Shown here: in pieces, positions 56,413-56,835 of the stretch
Layout: each line of letters begins with the position of its first letter
Position numbering within the stretch: the stretch's first letter is position 1
From: Patescibacteria group bacterium
GTDB lineage: Bacteria; Patescibacteriota; Microgenomatia; Woykebacterales; RBG-16-39-9b
Assembly (NCBI GenBank): GCA_025449635.1
Contig: JANWIZ010000016.1
Location: 1 to 56,835, forward strand
Direction of reading: 5' to 3'
DNA: 56,835 bases
Position numbers and translations under genes: made by a program
Notes under the pieces: model-generated
Seen by the model: only the letters and a program-made list of their open reading frames with translations
Database searches by the model: none
What the model was told of the DNA's origin: nothing

Positions 56413-56835
56413 ATGTCAAAACAGCCCACAACTAAAAACATGGATAAAGAAGCAAGAGTCTTATTGACAGAAGAAGGCTTAAAAAAATTAAAAGCAGAGT
56501 ACGACGAACTTATCAACCACAAACGTCAGGAAGTGACTGAAAAGATTGCGCGGGCAAGAGAATTCGGCGATCTTTCTGAAAATTCCGAATATGATACAGC
56601 TCGAGAAGAGCAAAGTTTCACTGAGGGTCGAATCATGGAGTTGGAAGAAATTTTGACTCACGCAAAACTGATCGAAAAAACCAGTGAAAACAAAATCGGT
56701 ATCGGTTCCAAAGTAAAAGTTCAGAGTGGTAGTGATATCGATGAATACATCATTGTTTCCTCTGTCGAGGCCAATCCGATGGAAGGTAAGATCTCTATAG
56801 ATTCTCCAGTTGGTAAGGCTCTTTTAGGGTCAAAA
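56413..56835 (+). CDS. greA: Transcription elongation factor GreA (runs off window)
   Basis: Manual translation LTEEGLKKLKAE...AREFGDLSENSEYD...ISIDSPVGKALLG. Confidence 0.96.
   Translation, partial: MSKQPTTKNMDKEARVLLTEEGLKKLKAEYDELINHKRQEVTEKIARAREFGDLSENSEYDTAREEQSFTEGRIMELEEILTHAKLIEKTSENKIGIGSKVKVQSGSDIDEYIIVSSVEANPMEGKISIDSPVGKALLGSK

Noticed and set aside
3533..56522. Many short antisense or overlapping ORFs in the track (e.g. 3533-3910, 9085-9522, 39811-40383, 51919-52116, 56298-56522)
   Set aside because: They are shadows of well-supported genes or the tRNA, with no motifs or start signals.
1..56835. CRISPR array, transposase or integrase
   Set aside because: No regularly spaced repeats and no recombinase or transposase motifs were seen in any ORF.
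1..56835. Alternative genetic code (UGA=Gly, code 25)
   Set aside because: Long genes are open under code 11, and TGA terminates conserved proteins (secD, tkt, nrdJ, suhB) at their expected ends.

Overview
AT-rich, gene-dense bacterial chromosome segment in genetic code 11. It looks like a Patescibacteria/CPR (Microgenomates-like) genome; this is inferred from the short AspS, split transketolase, PGI/PMI, stand-alone Lon ATPase and DUF5679. Contents: housekeeping genes (secD/secF, recJ, aspS, gltX, uppS, plsY, greA, tRNA-Glu), a two-component cluster, a glycolysis/non-oxidative pentose-phosphate operon, and an NrdR/B12-dependent ribonucleotide reductase locus followed by a cobalamin riboswitch and B12-uptake genes. 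No CRISPR array or intact mobile element was seen. The most unusual signals are mostly non-coding. (1) A GC-rich MBL-hydrolase gene whose whole predicted 5' UTR is complementary to its 3' UTR. (2) A cobalamin riboswitch apparently coupled through a 3-codon uORF to a terminator. (3) Two displaced gene 3' ends (comM; a synonymously diverged NAIPGT* duplicate) that look like integration scars. (4) Several structured leaders and small ORFs missing from the ORF track. (5) A His-less pseudo-histidine kinase paired with a canonical paralogue. (6) Enzymes with altered metal-binding motifs. All calls were made by eye from motifs; no searches were run.
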